The notes under the pieces are model-generated. The model searched no databases. It saw only the letters and a program-made list of their open reading frames with translations, and was not told the DNA's origin. Made by a program: the position numbers and the translations under genes. A stretch of 61,555 bases of DNA from an uncultured Planctomycetales bacterium (GTDB taxonomy: Bacteria; Omnitrophota; Gorgyraeia; Gygaellales; JAHJCI01). Location of the stretch: contig CAZQEY010000006.1 of the NCBI GenBank assembly GCA_964592485.1, forward strand, positions 1 through 61,555. The letters are read 5' to 3'. Below, piece by piece: positions 1 to 11,066 of the stretch (the stretch's first letter is position 1; each line of letters starts with the position of its first letter).

Positions 1-525
1 CGGAACATCCTTAACCACTACTGCATTTGCCCCAATATAAGAATTATCTCCAATAGTGATATCTCCCAAAACCTTAGCCCCAGCACCAACCACTACGTTA
101 TCACCTATAGTCGGATGGCGCTTAGTCTTTTGCTTTCCTGTGCCACCTAAGGTTACACCTTGATATAAAGTGACATTATCTCCAATGATGCTTGTTTCGC
201 CAATAACTACTCCCATACCATGGTCGATAAACAGCCTGCGGCCAATCTTTGCTCCCGGATGTATTTCAATTGCAGTTATGAATCGACTGTATTGACTAAT
301 CAGCCGAGCTAAAAATTCCAATTTTATTTTATAGAAAAAATGTGCGATGCGATGATAATAAAGTGCATATAGACCTTGATACATAAGGAGAACCTCTAAA
401 AGACTATATGCAGCAGGGTCTCTTTCTTGCGCTGCTTTTATCTCAGGATAGAAAAAGACCAGTAAGATAATCAATCTCAAAATAAATAGAGCAATTATTA
501 TCACAGTGATAAATAATAGAATCAT
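1..525 (-). CDS. cysE: Serine O-acetyltransferase, 3' end outside window; N-terminal hydrophobic extension
   Basis: Manual translation from ATG at 525 (overlaps the ispF stop as TAATG): [39 protein letters not shown]...[39 protein letters not shown]. Hexapeptide repeats; frame open to the window edge. Confidence 0.9.
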   Translation of the reverse strand, partial: MILLFITVIIIALFILRLIILLVFFYPEIKAAQERDPAAYSLLEVLLMYQGLYALYYHRIAHFFYKIKLEFLARLISQYSRFITAIEIHPGAKIGRRLFIDHGMGVVIGETSIIGDNVTLYQGVTLGGTGKQKTKRHPTIGDNVVVGAGAKVLGDITIGDNSYIGANAVVVKDVP

Positions 526-1016
526 TATGTGCTCCTCCTTAAAAGCGCCGCACACCAAGCACTCATTGCCTTATTTTTGCCAATATCACCCATACCCTCG
601 GCAGTGGTAGCTTTAAGATTAAATGCCTGAGGGCTAACGTTGAGTAATCCGGCAATATTTTTCTGTATTTTCAATTTCCAATGGGAAATCCTTGGCGCCT
701 GAGCAACTACGACGGTATCAAGATTAACAATTGCAAAACCCTTTTTCTTTATAAGGCTTGAAACTCTCTTTAATATTTCTATACTTCTTATCCCCTTGTA
801 TTTAACATCTGTGCTGGGAAAATAATTGCCAATGTCTGCCAATCCTGCCGCGCCTAAGAGAGCATCGCATATCGCATGCAACAAAACATCCGCATCAGAG
901 TGCCCTGACAGCCCTTTTGAGTAAGGAATTTGGATTCCACCTAAGAATAATTTGCGACCTTTAACTAAAGGGTGAATGTCGTAACCAATCCCTATCCGAT
1001 AATTATCTCTTTTCAT
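525..1016 (-). CDS. ispF: 2-C-methyl-D-erythritol 2,4-cyclodiphosphate synthase
   Basis: [28 protein letters not shown] and KATTAEG motifs. Confidence 0.97.
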   Translation of the reverse strand: MKRDNYRIGIGYDIHPLVKGRKLFLGGIQIPYSKGLSGHSDADVLLHAICDALLGAAGLADIGNYFPSTDVKYKGIRSIEILKRVSSLIKKKGFAIVNLDTVVVAQAPRISHWKLKIQKNIAGLLNVSPQAFNLKATTAEGMGDIGKNKAMSAWCAALLRRST

Positions 1017-1072
1017 TCTAAAATTGGGGACACTCTCTGGGGACAGCCTGCCGATTGTATCCCTCGATTAGC

Positions 1073-1774
1073 TCAAAGCCTGCCTGCCGGCAGGCAGGGG
1101 TGTCTCTGTAAAATAGCGCGGGCAAATACCAAATCTTCCGGTGTGGTAATCTTAATGTTAAAATACGAGCCCATAACCACGGCTACCCTTTTACCCGACC
1201 GTTCCACCAAAGATGAATCATCAACCGCTTTAGAATTAAAAAACCTCCTGTAAGCATCAACAATTAATTCTTTTTGAAAGACCTGGGGAGTCTGAATCTC
1301 AAAAAGACTCCCCCGCTTTAAGGTTTTTATGACCGTATTTGCCCTGCTAATCTCTTTTATCGTCGGCTTGACTGGTATACCGGCTATAGCCGCTCCGGTT
1401 TTTTTTGCCTTATTAATCGCGCGCGAAATCACACCTGCTTCAATAAAAGGCCTTACTGCATCATGAATCAAGACTAACTCTGCCTCACCCGACACCCGCT
1501 TCAGCCCATTCCGGACAGACTGACACCTCGTAGCCCCTCCGATAACCAGCTCTTTTACCTTATTGATGCGGTATTTTTTAATATTGCGGCTTATTGAACG
1601 CAGGGTTTTTCTTGATACGACCAGTATAATCTCTTTTATGTCCGGATGCCTGTTTAATCTGTTTAAGGTATGAATGAATATGGGTTTTTTATTCAGACTA
1701 ACCAAAGGCTTTGGCAGCAATTTCCTTAACCGCAATCCGTAGCCTGCTGCAGGAACAATAGCACTTACAAACAT
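1073..1774 (-). CDS. ispD: 2-C-methyl-D-erythritol 4-phosphate cytidylyltransferase
   Basis: IVPAAGYG.R...PK, LIHDAVRP, QTPQ and NIKITTPEDL motifs; next to ispF. Confidence 0.97.
   Translation of the reverse strand: MFVSAIVPAAGYGLRLRKLLPKPLVSLNKKPIFIHTLNRLNRHPDIKEIILVVSRKTLRSISRNIKKYRINKVKELVIGGATRCQSVRNGLKRVSGEAELVLIHDAVRPFIEAGVISRAINKAKKTGAAIAGIPVKPTIKEISRANTVIKTLKRGSLFEIQTPQVFQKELIVDAYRRFFNSKAVDDSSLVERSGKRVAVVMGSYFNIKITTPEDLVFARAILQRHPCLPAGRL
1079..1098. repeat. Perfect 20-bp palindrome CCTGCCTGCCGGCAGGCAGG inside the ispD 3' end
   Basis: Read directly; encodes the C-terminal PCLPAGR. Confidence 0.9.
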
Positions 1775-1786
1775 ATTAAATGAGCT

Positions 1787-1834
1787 CCGCCCTTTTGGTT
1801 TATTAAACTTGATGTAAACGACCCAAAAGGGCGG
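1787..1834. repeat. Intergenic inverted repeat CCGCCCTTTTGG...CCAAAAGGGCGG
   Basis: 12-bp perfect arms; the same arms recur at 50844-50893. Confidence 0.85.
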
Positions 1835-1841
1835 GGCGAAT

Positions 1842-2813
1842 TTATTTTTCCAGGCGGGTAAAAATCATCTTCCCGGCCTGAGTCTGCAATACCGAACTAA
1901 CCTTAACCTTTACCTCCTGCCCAATCCGCCGCCGAGCATCCTCAACCACAACCATTGTTCCGTCATCCAAATATCCTACTGCTTGATTATGCTCTTTACC
2001 CTCGCGAATGAGTCGTATCTTTAATGTCTCTCCAGGGAAAACTATTGACTTTATTGCATTAGCCAGTTCATTGATATTTAACACACGTACTCCCTGGATA
2101 CTGGCAACGCGATTAAGGTTAAAATCTACAGTAAGAATCTTGGCCTCTAAAATCTTGGCCAGCCGGATGACCTTGGCATCAACATCTTTTGTATCGGAAA
2201 AATCCTCATCATTGATGATTACATTAAGTCCGGTATCCTTTTGTAGATTATTTAAAATCTCCAATCCCCTTCTTCCTCTTTGACGCTTTATCGGATCAGT
2301 AGAGTCAGCGATGCTTTGAAGTTCCCTTAAGACAAATCGCGGCAGAACCAATGTAGTATCCAAAAATCCACTCCTGCAGATATCAGCTATTCGCCCATCA
2401 ATAATTACACTGGTATCTACAATAACTGCTTCTTCCTTTTGGTCCTGGCGCCTAAGACGCACATACGGAATAATTATACTAAATTCATCCTTTCCCCGTA
2501 AACCAATAATCATACCTAAATAGCAAAACACCAAGGTCAAGATAACCCGGATTAAAGCCAGGGTATCCTCAGGTAGCTGTGTCAAGGTAAACGCGTCACC
2601 AACTAATTTTGCCATGATTAAGCCGAGGATGAGTCCGAATACAGAACTGGACAGACCTTTGCTGGAGACACGGCGCATACCAAGTTCTAAAAATATCATG
2701 CAAAGAGCTGCCAGTAATCCAATCACTAATCCTAAGAGGCTATTCCCTACCGACTGATAACCAACCAGCATGAAGGCAACAACAAATAGAATGCGGACTA
2801 ATAAAAAATTCAT
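1842..2813 (-). CDS. PIN/TRAM domain membrane protein (YacL-like)
   Basis: N-terminal TM helices, [13 protein letters not shown] motif, C-terminal TRAM ([20 protein letters not shown]); radA-PIN/TRAM-ispD synteny. Confidence 0.92.
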   Translation of the reverse strand: MNFLLVRILFVVAFMLVGYQSVGNSLLGLVIGLLAALCMIFLELGMRRVSSKGLSSSVFGLILGLIMAKLVGDAFTLTQLPEDTLALIRVILTLVFCYLGMIIGLRGKDEFSIIIPYVRLRRQDQKEEAVIVDTSVIIDGRIADICRSGFLDTTLVLPRFVLRELQSIADSTDPIKRQRGRRGLEILNNLQKDTGLNVIINDEDFSDTKDVDAKVIRLAKILEAKILTVDFNLNRVASIQGVRVLNINELANAIKSIVFPGETLKIRLIREGKEHNQAVGYLDDGTMVVVEDARRRIGQEVKVKVSSVLQTQAGKMIFTRLEK

Positions 2814-2968
2814 TTATCTATCCCCCCTCGGATGAAACCCGGACCTACGCAACGATGGTGAGCGTAAGTCTAACGGATGAATTTAACCCCTCGCCTTTTA
2901 TCTATTCAGGATGATAAAAATTACCTCTCAAATACATATGTATATATGGATATTAAAAAGACAAAGGA

Positions 2969-4363
2969 TTAATTTGCCCCGCCTTTGGCGGGGTTCATTA
3001 AAATAATCTCCAATGATTCCTTTAACGAAGAAACCGGCCGGAGCTTTAAGCCATTTCCTTTATAATCTAATCGAGTATGATTCCAACTTGGTAAAACACA
3101 AACCCTAAACCCTAATTTTTCTGCTTCGCTTATCCGTAAACCTACATGTAAGATGCTGCGGATTTCGCCGGTAAGGCCGACCTCGCCAAGGATTAAACTA
3201 TCCGCTAAAACAGGCGAATCCTTGAATGCTGAGGCAATGGCAATGCTAACCCCCAAATCGGCCGCCGGGTCTTCTATTCTCATCCCCCCTACAACATTGA
3301 TAAATATATCCTCACTGCCTAGGCGAAGGCCGATTCTTTTCTCTAACACGGCTACCAATAGACTCATTCGATTAAAATCAAAGCCATGACTGCGCCGACG
3401 AGCATAACCAAAACCAGAATGACTTACCAGCGCCTGTATTTCCACGAATAAAGGACGGCTGCCCTCCAAGGCAGATACCACTACTGTGCCCGAGGCATCC
3501 TTGGCCCGCTGGTCAATAAACATTTCCGAAGGATTTCCCACCTCTTTTAAACCAGAAGCAGACATTTCAAAAACTCCGATTTCATTGATTGAACCAAATC
3601 GATTTTTTACTGCCCTTAAAATCCGATACATTGCAAATCGGTCTCCCTCAAAATAAAGCACAGTATCGACAATATGCTCTAAGACACGCGGGCCGGCAAT
3701 CGTCCCTTCTTTGGTTACATGGCCAATAATAAACAAACTTATCCCTCGAGACTTGGCCAACATAGTCAGGCGACCGGCACATTCCCTCACCTGGCTGATA
3801 CTTCCAGGAGAAGAACTAATCTCTTCGCTGAAAAGCACTTGTATAGAATCAATAAACACAACTTTAGGATTTATCTTATCAATATATTCCATAATCAGGG
3901 AAAGGTCTGTCTGGCTGACGATATAAAGATAATCTCCTCCCATTCCTCTACCCAACCGGTCAGCACGCATCTTGGTCTGCCGCGTTGACTCTTCCCCGCT
4001 TACATAAAGCACGGGAATCTTCTTTTCGCTCAGTTGAGCAGAAATCTGTAAAGAGATTGTTGATTTACCAATGCCCGGGTCACCGCCAATCAAGACAACT
4101 GAACCTGGAACAATCCCTCCACCCAAAACCATATCCAGCTCCTGGATATCCGTTTTAATCCGTCCAACACGCGCACTCGTCACATCCTTTAACAAAACCG
4201 GCTCATCCTTAAAAACTGATGCCCTCTCTTTAGTCTTGGCTGACGGCGCAATATAGGTCTCCTCAACAAAGGAATTCCAGCTGTTACAATCCGGACATCT
4301 GCCTAACCACTTTGGTGACTGATAACCACAATTCTGACAACTAAATACTGTTTTAGGTTTCAT
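2969..4363 (-). CDS. radA: DNA repair protein RadA/Sms
   Basis: CQNCG...CPDC zinc finger, GDPGIGKST Walker A, KNRFG motif. Confidence 0.97.
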   Translation of the reverse strand: MKPKTVFSCQNCGYQSPKWLGRCPDCNSWNSFVEETYIAPSAKTKERASVFKDEPVLLKDVTSARVGRIKTDIQELDMVLGGGIVPGSVVLIGGDPGIGKSTISLQISAQLSEKKIPVLYVSGEESTRQTKMRADRLGRGMGGDYLYIVSQTDLSLIMEYIDKINPKVVFIDSIQVLFSEEISSSPGSISQVRECAGRLTMLAKSRGISLFIIGHVTKEGTIAGPRVLEHIVDTVLYFEGDRFAMYRILRAVKNRFGSINEIGVFEMSASGLKEVGNPSEMFIDQRAKDASGTVVVSALEGSRPLFVEIQALVSHSGFGYARRRSHGFDFNRMSLLVAVLEKRIGLRLGSEDIFINVVGGMRIEDPAADLGVSIAIASAFKDSPVLADSLILGEVGLTGEIRSILHVGLRISEAEKLGFRVCVLPSWNHTRLDYKGNGLKLRPVSSLKESLEIILMNPAKGGAN

Positions 4364-4514
4364 AGCTAAATATTGGGATATTTGGGTTTTGAGTTTGCTT
4401 ACCCCGTTAGAAGTTGAAAATTCCTAACGGAATGTAGGATTTTCCCGCCTTAGGCGGAATCCCGCTACGGCGGGAAGTGCCTTGCTTTGGATTCAGGATT
4501 TAACACTATAACAA

Positions 4515-5210
4515 TTATTTCTCCTTCTCGGTAGTCTTCCAGAATAACTTCCAGGGATGGTTGCGGAGGTCACTAACTAAAGCTTCTAACTCTTGATACA
4601 ATCTATCGTCATAAAGTAGCTTTCCGATTGTTCCTCGCTTTGCCTGCTGAAGGTCACTAACTAAAGCTTCTAACTCTTGATACAACTTATCGTCATAAAG
4701 TAGCTTTCCGATTGTTCCCTCTCCCTCCTTCAATTTCCGGATAATCTCCTGGAAGTCCTCAATAACCTTCTCTCCCTCATCAATCCAATGACGCATCATA
4801 ATCGGGTCAGTGCCGACTAAGGTATCACCTGCTTTTAAAAAGGTTGTATATTCGGAAGGCGGAACTATTTCGATATATTTCTCGCCCAATAATCCTAAGG
4901 TATTTATATAGGCCGCGGAGTTATCCGGTATATACAAAGCCTCTCTTATCCAGGCGATAATCTCGACTCGCGCATTATTATACTGTTCACCGGCAAGAAT
5001 ATTGACTTGATTTACCTCACCCACATCCACTCCGCTAAATCTAACCGGAGAGCCGGTCTTAACTCCCGAAACATTATTAAACAGCAACTTTATGGAATAG
5101 CCCCTACCGTAAGTCTTTAAATTGCCAATCTTAAAGACAAATATGCCAAGAATAACTAATGCAGCAAAAACAAACACGCCGACCTTTAATTCCACTTTAG
5201 ATTTATCCAT
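4515..5210 (-). CDS. mlaD: MlaD/MCE family lipid transport substrate-binding protein
   Basis: N-terminal TM anchor, GSPVRFSGVDVGEV, GLLGEKYIEI; operon with mlaE/F. Confidence 0.88.
   Translation of the reverse strand: MDKSKVELKVGVFVFAALVILGIFVFKIGNLKTYGRGYSIKLLFNNVSGVKTGSPVRFSGVDVGEVNQVNILAGEQYNNARVEIIAWIREALYIPDNSAAYINTLGLLGEKYIEIVPPSEYTTFLKAGDTLVGTDPIMMRHWIDEGEKVIEDFQEIIRKLKEGEGTIGKLLYDDKLYQELEALVSDLQQAKRGTIGKLLYDDRLYQELEALVSDLRNHPWKLFWKTTEKEK
4567..4718. repeat. In-frame tandem duplication in mlaD, period 84 bp
   Basis: 4567-4634 vs 4651-4718: 66/68 identical; protein repeat GTIGKLLYDD(K/R)LYQELEALVSDL. Confidence 0.92.
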
Positions 5211-5383
5211 CTGTTATTCTCCTCCGTCTTTGGTATCGCTCACCCCGGACCCCGCCTCTTTGACAGACTCCGGTGCTCCGCTCTGCTTTGCTTTGTTTCA
5301 ATGTCACGGCGTAGCCTGGCCTAAAGTGAGTTGAAAAACCTTCTCCCATAAATTCTCTTTTCGGTCCTTTCGTGTGCTTAGGT

Positions 5384-6139
5384 TCATCTTGCAGAAGAAT
5401 CGGTTATTGGACCGGTAGACAAACCATGGATGAACTGATGAACTACAGGGTCAGTAGTATGCCTAATTTCCTCAGATGAACCATAAGCGATAATTCTACC
5501 CTTATAAAGCATAGCAATCCGATCAGCAATTTTATAAGCGCTTTTCATATCGTGAGTAACCGCTATTGAAGTTACCTCTAATTTATCATGCAGGGTTTTG
5601 ATTAACCCATTAATGATATCGCCGGTAATTGGGTCAACGCCGGTCGTCGGTTCATCATAAAGGATAATCTGTGGCCTTATACAGATTGCCCGTGCCAAGG
5701 CTACACGTTTCTTCATACCGCCGCTTAACTCTGCCGGCATAAGACCCTCAATTCCCTCAAGACCAACCATTGCCAGCGATTCTTGCACGCGCCGAATAAC
5801 CTCATCTCTTCTTAGATGCCGATGTTCAATAAGGGCAAATCCCACATTGTCACCCACGTTCAGCGAATCAAAAAGCGCACAACCCTGAAAAACCATTCCC
5901 ATCTTAAGTCGCAATGAATTAAGCCTTTTTTCATCAAGAAGAGTTATATCTTTCTGGTCAATCAATATTCTGCCTTTATCTGGCTTTAAGATGCCGATAA
6001 TATGTTTTAGTAATACTGATTTACCGCATCCTGAGCGTCCAATGATTACTGTGGTTTTACTCCTCTCAATCTTAAGATTTAAGTCATCAAGGACCTTATG
6101 GGCGTTAAAAGACTTATAAAGATTTTCTATTGCAATCAT
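5384..6139 (-). CDS. mlaF: MlaF/Mkl ABC transporter ATP-binding protein (ORF track extends to 6181; MIAIE start at 6139 preferred)
   Basis: GRSGCGKS, LSGGMKKRVALARA, DEPTTGVDP; lies between mlaE and mlaD. Confidence 0.88.
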   Translation of the reverse strand: MIAIENLYKSFNAHKVLDDLNLKIERSKTTVIIGRSGCGKSVLLKHIIGILKPDKGRILIDQKDITLLDEKRLNSLRLKMGMVFQGCALFDSLNVGDNVGFALIEHRHLRRDEVIRRVQESLAMVGLEGIEGLMPAELSGGMKKRVALARAICIRPQIILYDEPTTGVDPITGDIINGLIKTLHDKLEVTSIAVTHDMKSAYKIADRIAMLYKGRIIAYGSSEEIRHTTDPVVHQFIHGLSTGPITDSSAR

Positions 6140-6227
6140 CGCACTAACCGCCGCCCCTTCCTCATCTCTGCCCACCCCCACCTACGCGGTAGGACAAGGC
6201 TAAAGGGTAAGGATAGTAATCCGTCAT

Positions 6228-7010
6228 TTAGGGGAAAATAAAATAGAAAATAGCAGTAATAAAGCAATCGGCAATAATAATCAAGATAAATGAATTAACT
6301 ACTGCATTAGTAGTTGCCCGGCCAACACCCTCAGCGCCACCGGTTACCTTTATCCCCTGATAACAGCTACTAATAGCAATAATCATCCCAAAGACGACAC
6401 TCTTAAATAAACCAATAAATAAATCTTTATAGAGAAGCACCTCAAAGGTGATATTTAAATACATTCCTTTAGTAATACCTAACTTATATACGCACATTGC
6501 ATATCCGCCAAATATCCCGATAGTATCGGCATAAAGGGTAAGGAGCGGTAACATCAACGTAAGAGCAAGGAAACGCGGCAAGACCAGATACTTTATCGGA
6601 CTATAAGCCAAGGTTTCCAATGCATCAATTTGTTCGGTTACCTGCATTGTGCCAATCTCAGCGGCAATTGCTGCTCCCACTCGACCGGCAACAACCAGAG
6701 CAGTAATTACCGGACCCAGCTCGCGCACTATAGAAAGGGCGACAATGCTGGCAATATACATCTCCGAACCCAGACGCTGCATCAAATAGGCAGTCTGCAA
6801 TGCCAGAATCAGTCCAATAAACAGTGAGACTACCGAGACAATTGGCATACTATCGTAACCCGTGCGTTTTGCCTGCATTAAGGTTCGGCGAATCTCAAAG
6901 GGAGGGGTGAATACCCAGCGCAGCATACGCAAGAATAATGCTCCCAGACCACCTAGAAAATAGAGGAATTCTAAAAACCTTTGGCCTATGCCTATAAACA
7001 AATTTGTCAT
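6228..7010 (-). CDS. mlaE: MlaE ABC transporter permease
   Basis: RELGPVITALVVAGRVGAAIAAEIGTMQVTEQIDAL signature. Confidence 0.93.
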   Translation of the reverse strand: MTNLFIGIGQRFLEFLYFLGGLGALFLRMLRWVFTPPFEIRRTLMQAKRTGYDSMPIVSVVSLFIGLILALQTAYLMQRLGSEMYIASIVALSIVRELGPVITALVVAGRVGAAIAAEIGTMQVTEQIDALETLAYSPIKYLVLPRFLALTLMLPLLTLYADTIGIFGGYAMCVYKLGITKGMYLNITFEVLLYKDLFIGLFKSVVFGMIIAISSCYQGIKVTGGAEGVGRATTNAVVNSFILIIIADCFITAIFYFIFP

Positions 7011-7079
7011 TTCCAGCGAGACCCAAGTTTACGTCATTTTATTCCGTAAGTTTGGGCTTTGCTTTACTTTGGCTTTATT

Positions 7080-9494
7080 TTACTGAAAAATCAATTCTTC
7101 CTTCTTACGGCCTACCTTAAGTATTTTTTTATCTTTCAGCCGACCGGAGATAATCTCGGAAGATAATGGGTCTTCCAAGTATCTCTGAATTGTTCTCTTT
7201 AATGGCCGAGCACCAAAAATGGGGTCAAAACCCTTCTCAATCAAAAGTTGTTTTGCTTCCTCGCTCACCTGAAGAGTAATATTCTGTTCTTTTAGTCTCT
7301 CATTAACATAACTAATCTCTAAATCAACAATTGCATTTAAATTCTCTTTTACTAAAGACCGGAATACAATGATATCATCAATGCGATTCAGGAATTCGGG
7401 CTTAAATGTGCGCTTGACCTCCTCTAACAGTTTCTCCTTCATCTCTTCATAAGAGACCCCTTCCTTCTGGCTTTTAAAACCCAAGGAACCGCTTTTGCGA
7501 ATAAGCTCTGCACCCACATTAGAGGTCATAATAACTGCGGTATTGCGGAAATCAACCTTGCGGCCAAAGCTATCAGTAAGTCGGCCATCTTCAAAAACCT
7601 GCAAGAGCAAATTAAACACATCCGGGTGCGCCTTTTCAATCTCATCTAAAAGGATTACTGCATAAGGCCGATGCCTGACCTTTTCAGTAAGTTGGCCACC
7701 TTCCTCATAACCGACATATCCAGGTGGTGCTCCAATAAGGCGAGAGACGTTGAATTTTTCCATATACTCAGACATATCATATTGAAGAAGAGCATCCTCA
7801 TCGCCAAACATAAACTCAGCAAGAGCCCTGGCAAGCAGAGTCTTACCCACCCCGGTTGGACCTAAGAAGATAAATGAACCGATTGGCCGCTTGGGGTCTT
7901 TTATTCCTGCGCGTGAGCGCCGAATAGCATGAGCAATTGCAGAAATTGGCTCCTCCTGACCAATCACCCGTCGATGTAATTCCTCCTCAATCTTTAATAA
8001 CTTCTCGGTTTCTTTTTCCTCCAATCTGAACAGCGGGATTCCCGTCCATTGGGAAACAATCTTGGCAATATCTTCGGCAGTAACCTTCGGTCGCATCCTA
8101 TCCTTGGTTTTTGTCCATTCGCGGTTTAGCTCCTCTAATTTTTCTCGTGCCTGCCTTTCCTCATCACGCAAAGCTGCTGCCTTTTCAAAATTCTGGGATT
8201 TAATATAAGTTTCCTTTTCCTTTTTTGAAGCCTCAATCTTATCCTCTAATTCCTTAATTTCAGGCGGAACAACCAAAACATTCAGCCGCGCGCGCGCTCC
8301 AGTCTCATCAATTAAATCAATTGCCTTATCCGGTAAGTATCTGCCGCTAATATATCTGTCTGATAACTTTGCTGCTGCCTCAAGAGCGGAATCCTCAAAG
8401 GCAACCCGATGGTGCGCCTCGTATTTATCGCGTAAGCCCTTTAAGATTTCAATGGTTAAATCAACGCTGGGCGGCTCAACCATAATTGTCTGGAATCTCC
8501 TCTCTAAGGCAGCGTCCTTCTCAATGTGTTTGCGATATTCGTCCAGCGTGGTTGCGCCAATGCATTGAATCTCTCCCCTGGAAAGGGCTGGCTTTAAGAT
8601 GTTCGAGGCATCAATGGCTCCCTCTGCTGCTCCCGCCCCAACCAGAGTATGCAACTCATCAATTAATATGATTATATCCTGGGAGCGTTTAATCTCCTCC
8701 ATCACTGCCTTGATTCTCTCTTCAAATTGGCCGCGGTATTTGGTTCCGGCAATCATCAAAGCCAAATCCAAAACAATGATGCGCTTATTCTTTAAAATCT
8801 CTGGTACATTACCGGCAATTATTGCCTGTGCAAGGCCTTCAACAATAGCGGTTTTGCCCACGCCTGCCTCGCCCAAGAGAACAGGATTGTTTTTGGTGCG
8901 TCGGCTTAATATCTGAATCACCCTTTCTATTTCGTTGCGACGGTCGATTACCGGGTCAAGTTTTGACTCTCGGGCTAAATGGGTTAAATCACGACCAAAG
9001 GCATCCAGGGCAGGGGTTTTTGTCTTGACCTTTTGCGTTTGTCCATAACCAGGAGTGGCTGAGCCTAAAAAATGCATTACCTGATTACGCACCATATCTA
9101 AATCCAGTCCCAGATTCATCAAGACCTGGCTGGCCACACCCTCTCCCTCGCGAATCAAACCTAGAAGTATATGCTCGGTACCGATATAATTATGCCCCAA
9201 TGAACGTGCCTCTTCTGCCGACAGCTCCAAAACTTTCTTGGCCCGCGGAGTAAAGGGGATATCTCCCAAAATCTGAGTTGTTGGACCAGGCTGCACCAGT
9301 TTCTCCACCTCAAGGCGAATCGTCTCCAAAGACATACCCATATTCTGCAGGACCGCTGCTGCCACCCCCTCCCCCTCGCGAATTAAACCTAGGAGTATAT
9401 GCTCGGTACCGATATAATCGTGATTAAATCGCCTTGCCTCCTCTTTGGCTAAAATGATTATCTTTCTTGCTCGTTCAGTAAACCGATTAAACAT
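7080..9494 (-). CDS. clpC: ATP-dependent Clp protease ATPase ClpC
   Basis: Two Clp-N repeats, two AAA+ modules ([16 protein letters not shown]), UVR coil; RBS GAGGAGG. Confidence 0.96.
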   Translation of the reverse strand: MFNRFTERARKIIILAKEEARRFNHDYIGTEHILLGLIREGEGVAAAVLQNMGMSLETIRLEVEKLVQPGPTTQILGDIPFTPRAKKVLELSAEEARSLGHNYIGTEHILLGLIREGEGVASQVLMNLGLDLDMVRNQVMHFLGSATPGYGQTQKVKTKTPALDAFGRDLTHLARESKLDPVIDRRNEIERVIQILSRRTKNNPVLLGEAGVGKTAIVEGLAQAIIAGNVPEILKNKRIIVLDLALMIAGTKYRGQFEERIKAVMEEIKRSQDIIILIDELHTLVGAGAAEGAIDASNILKPALSRGEIQCIGATTLDEYRKHIEKDAALERRFQTIMVEPPSVDLTIEILKGLRDKYEAHHRVAFEDSALEAAAKLSDRYISGRYLPDKAIDLIDETGARARLNVLVVPPEIKELEDKIEASKKEKETYIKSQNFEKAAALRDEERQAREKLEELNREWTKTKDRMRPKVTAEDIAKIVSQWTGIPLFRLEEKETEKLLKIEEELHRRVIGQEEPISAIAHAIRRSRAGIKDPKRPIGSFIFLGPTGVGKTLLARALAEFMFGDEDALLQYDMSEYMEKFNVSRLIGAPPGYVGYEEGGQLTEKVRHRPYAVILLDEIEKAHPDVFNLLLQVFEDGRLTDSFGRKVDFRNTAVIMTSNVGAELIRKSGSLGFKSQKEGVSYEEMKEKLLEEVKRTFKPEFLNRIDDIIVFRSLVKENLNAIVDLEISYVNERLKEQNITLQVSEEAKQLLIEKGFDPIFGARPLKRTIQRYLEDPLSSEIISGRLKDKKILKVGRKKEELIFQ

Positions 9495-9509
9495 TGTATA
9501 GCCTCCTCT

Positions 9510-10580
9510 TTAATTCTTTTCTAATTTAACTATCTTCTGACGCAGGAGTTCTGCCCGTTTTAAGTCTCTCTCCTGATGGGTCAGTTTTCTGCCTTCTATT
9601 TTCTGCAGATGAGCAGGTTGCGTAAGAATAAACAATTCGTTTACTGTACCTCGGTCGATATCCTTAATAACACCCAAATCCAGACCGAGCCTTACCATTG
9701 ACAATAATTCAATCGTCTCCTGAGAGGTTATAATATGTGCGCTCTTTAATATTCCATACGAGCGCCAGATTCTATCTTCCAGTAAAGAACTGTCTTGTGT
9801 TAAGAGAGTCTGCCTTGCCTGCTGTTCCTGTTCGATTAACTGGCGGATTAAGCCATTTAAATTCTGTAAAATCTCTTCTTCGCTATGACCTAAAGATACC
9901 TGGTTGGAAATCTGGAAAAAATTTCCAGAAGCCTGTGTTCCTTCGCCGTACAAGCCTCGAGTAGTAAAACTTAATTTTGCCACTGCCGATAAAACACGAT
10001 TAATCTGCCGGCGTATTACCAGGGCAGGTAAATGAAGCATTACTGAACCGCGCATTCCTGTTCCGGTATTTGTCGGGCAGGCAGTTAAAAATCCCCATTC
10101 AGGAGAAAATGCATAAGGAAGATGTCGGGCTAGAACATCGTCTATCTGGTTAATAATATTAAAGGCTTCAAAAAGATTAAATCCAGACTGCATTACTTGA
10201 ATCCTTAAGTGGTCTTCCTCATTAATCATTATCGAAATAATTTCTTGCTCATCAACAACTACTGCCTTGAAATTTGAGGATTTGGCAAATTCCAAAGACA
10301 TAAGATGGCGCTCTAATAAAAATTGCCGGTCAACGACATCTAAATCACGCAGATGAAAAATCATACTTTTCTTAAGGTAATCGACCTTGGATATTGCCTG
10401 CTCAATGGTCTTCAGGGTCTGCTCGGCCTGTTTTTTATTTGCCCGGTGAGAAAATATAGCCTTATCCAGATTTCTTGCCAGGCGAATGCGACTGGAGATA
10501 ACCACGTCAGAATTTGGACCCATGCCCCGCAGCCACTCACTGGTATGGTTTATTAGGTCATTTATTTTCATTTTTCTCAA
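9510..10580 (-). CDS. mcsB: Protein arginine kinase
   Basis: SSRIRLARN, NEEDHLR, LTACPTNTGTG motifs; mcsA-mcsB-clpC order. Confidence 0.95.
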   Translation of the reverse strand: MRKMKINDLINHTSEWLRGMGPNSDVVISSRIRLARNLDKAIFSHRANKKQAEQTLKTIEQAISKVDYLKKSMIFHLRDLDVVDRQFLLERHLMSLEFAKSSNFKAVVVDEQEIISIMINEEDHLRIQVMQSGFNLFEAFNIINQIDDVLARHLPYAFSPEWGFLTACPTNTGTGMRGSVMLHLPALVIRRQINRVLSAVAKLSFTTRGLYGEGTQASGNFFQISNQVSLGHSEEEILQNLNGLIRQLIEQEQQARQTLLTQDSSLLEDRIWRSYGILKSAHIITSQETIELLSMVRLGLDLGVIKDIDRGTVNELFILTQPAHLQKIEGRKLTHQERDLKRAELLRQKIVKLEKN

Positions 10581-11058
10581 GCTCCCTTATCTTATCGCGC
10601 AACCGTGCTGCTTCCTCAAATTCTTCTTTGTCAATTGCCCTCTGAAGCCTCAAGCGCAGTTCAGCAAGGTCAATCTTCTTCTTTGGCCTTGCCGTTACCT
10701 TATAAGGAGACTTACCCAAATGTTGAGTTGAGCCATGAATCTTCTTAAGCAGCGGTAAGAGATATTTTTTAAAACTAGAGTAGCATTCGCCACAACCCAA
10801 GCGCCCAAGCTTCTTAAAGTCCTGGTAGCTCAAGCCGCAGTTTGAACACTTAAGGCTGGCTGTTTCAACGGTCTCCTCCGGCTTTCCAAATTCAGCCAAT
10901 CCTGCTAATAAATCAGGAAGGCCAAATTGCTGTTCCATCTGAATAGTCTTTTGATGCGCACACTCCTCGCAAAGGTGTAATTCATTTATCTGCTCATCAA
11001 TAATCTCAGTCAGATGAACAGTTGCTTGCTTCTTCTTGCAAAGGTCACAAAGCATCAC
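10558..11058 (-). CDS. mcsA: McsB activator with CxxC pairs and UVR domain
   Basis: CDLC, CEEC, CSNC, CGEC motifs and EEFEEAARLRD UVR motif. Confidence 0.93.
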   Translation of the reverse strand: MMLCDLCKKKQATVHLTEIIDEQINELHLCEECAHQKTIQMEQQFGLPDLLAGLAEFGKPEETVETASLKCSNCGLSYQDFKKLGRLGCGECYSSFKKYLLPLLKKIHGSTQHLGKSPYKVTARPKKKIDLAELRLRLQRAIDKEEFEEAARLRDKIRELEKNENK

Positions 11059-11066
11059 TCATCCTC

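Noticed and set aside
5203-5349. 48-codon minus-strand ORF between mlaF and mlaD
   Set aside because: Built largely from hairpin/repeat-like sequence, weak RBS, no recognisable family
9139-9418. 52-bp direct repeat in clpC (9139-9190 vs 9367-9418, 49/52)
   Set aside because: Corresponds to the known duplicated Clp-N motif [19 protein letters not shown]
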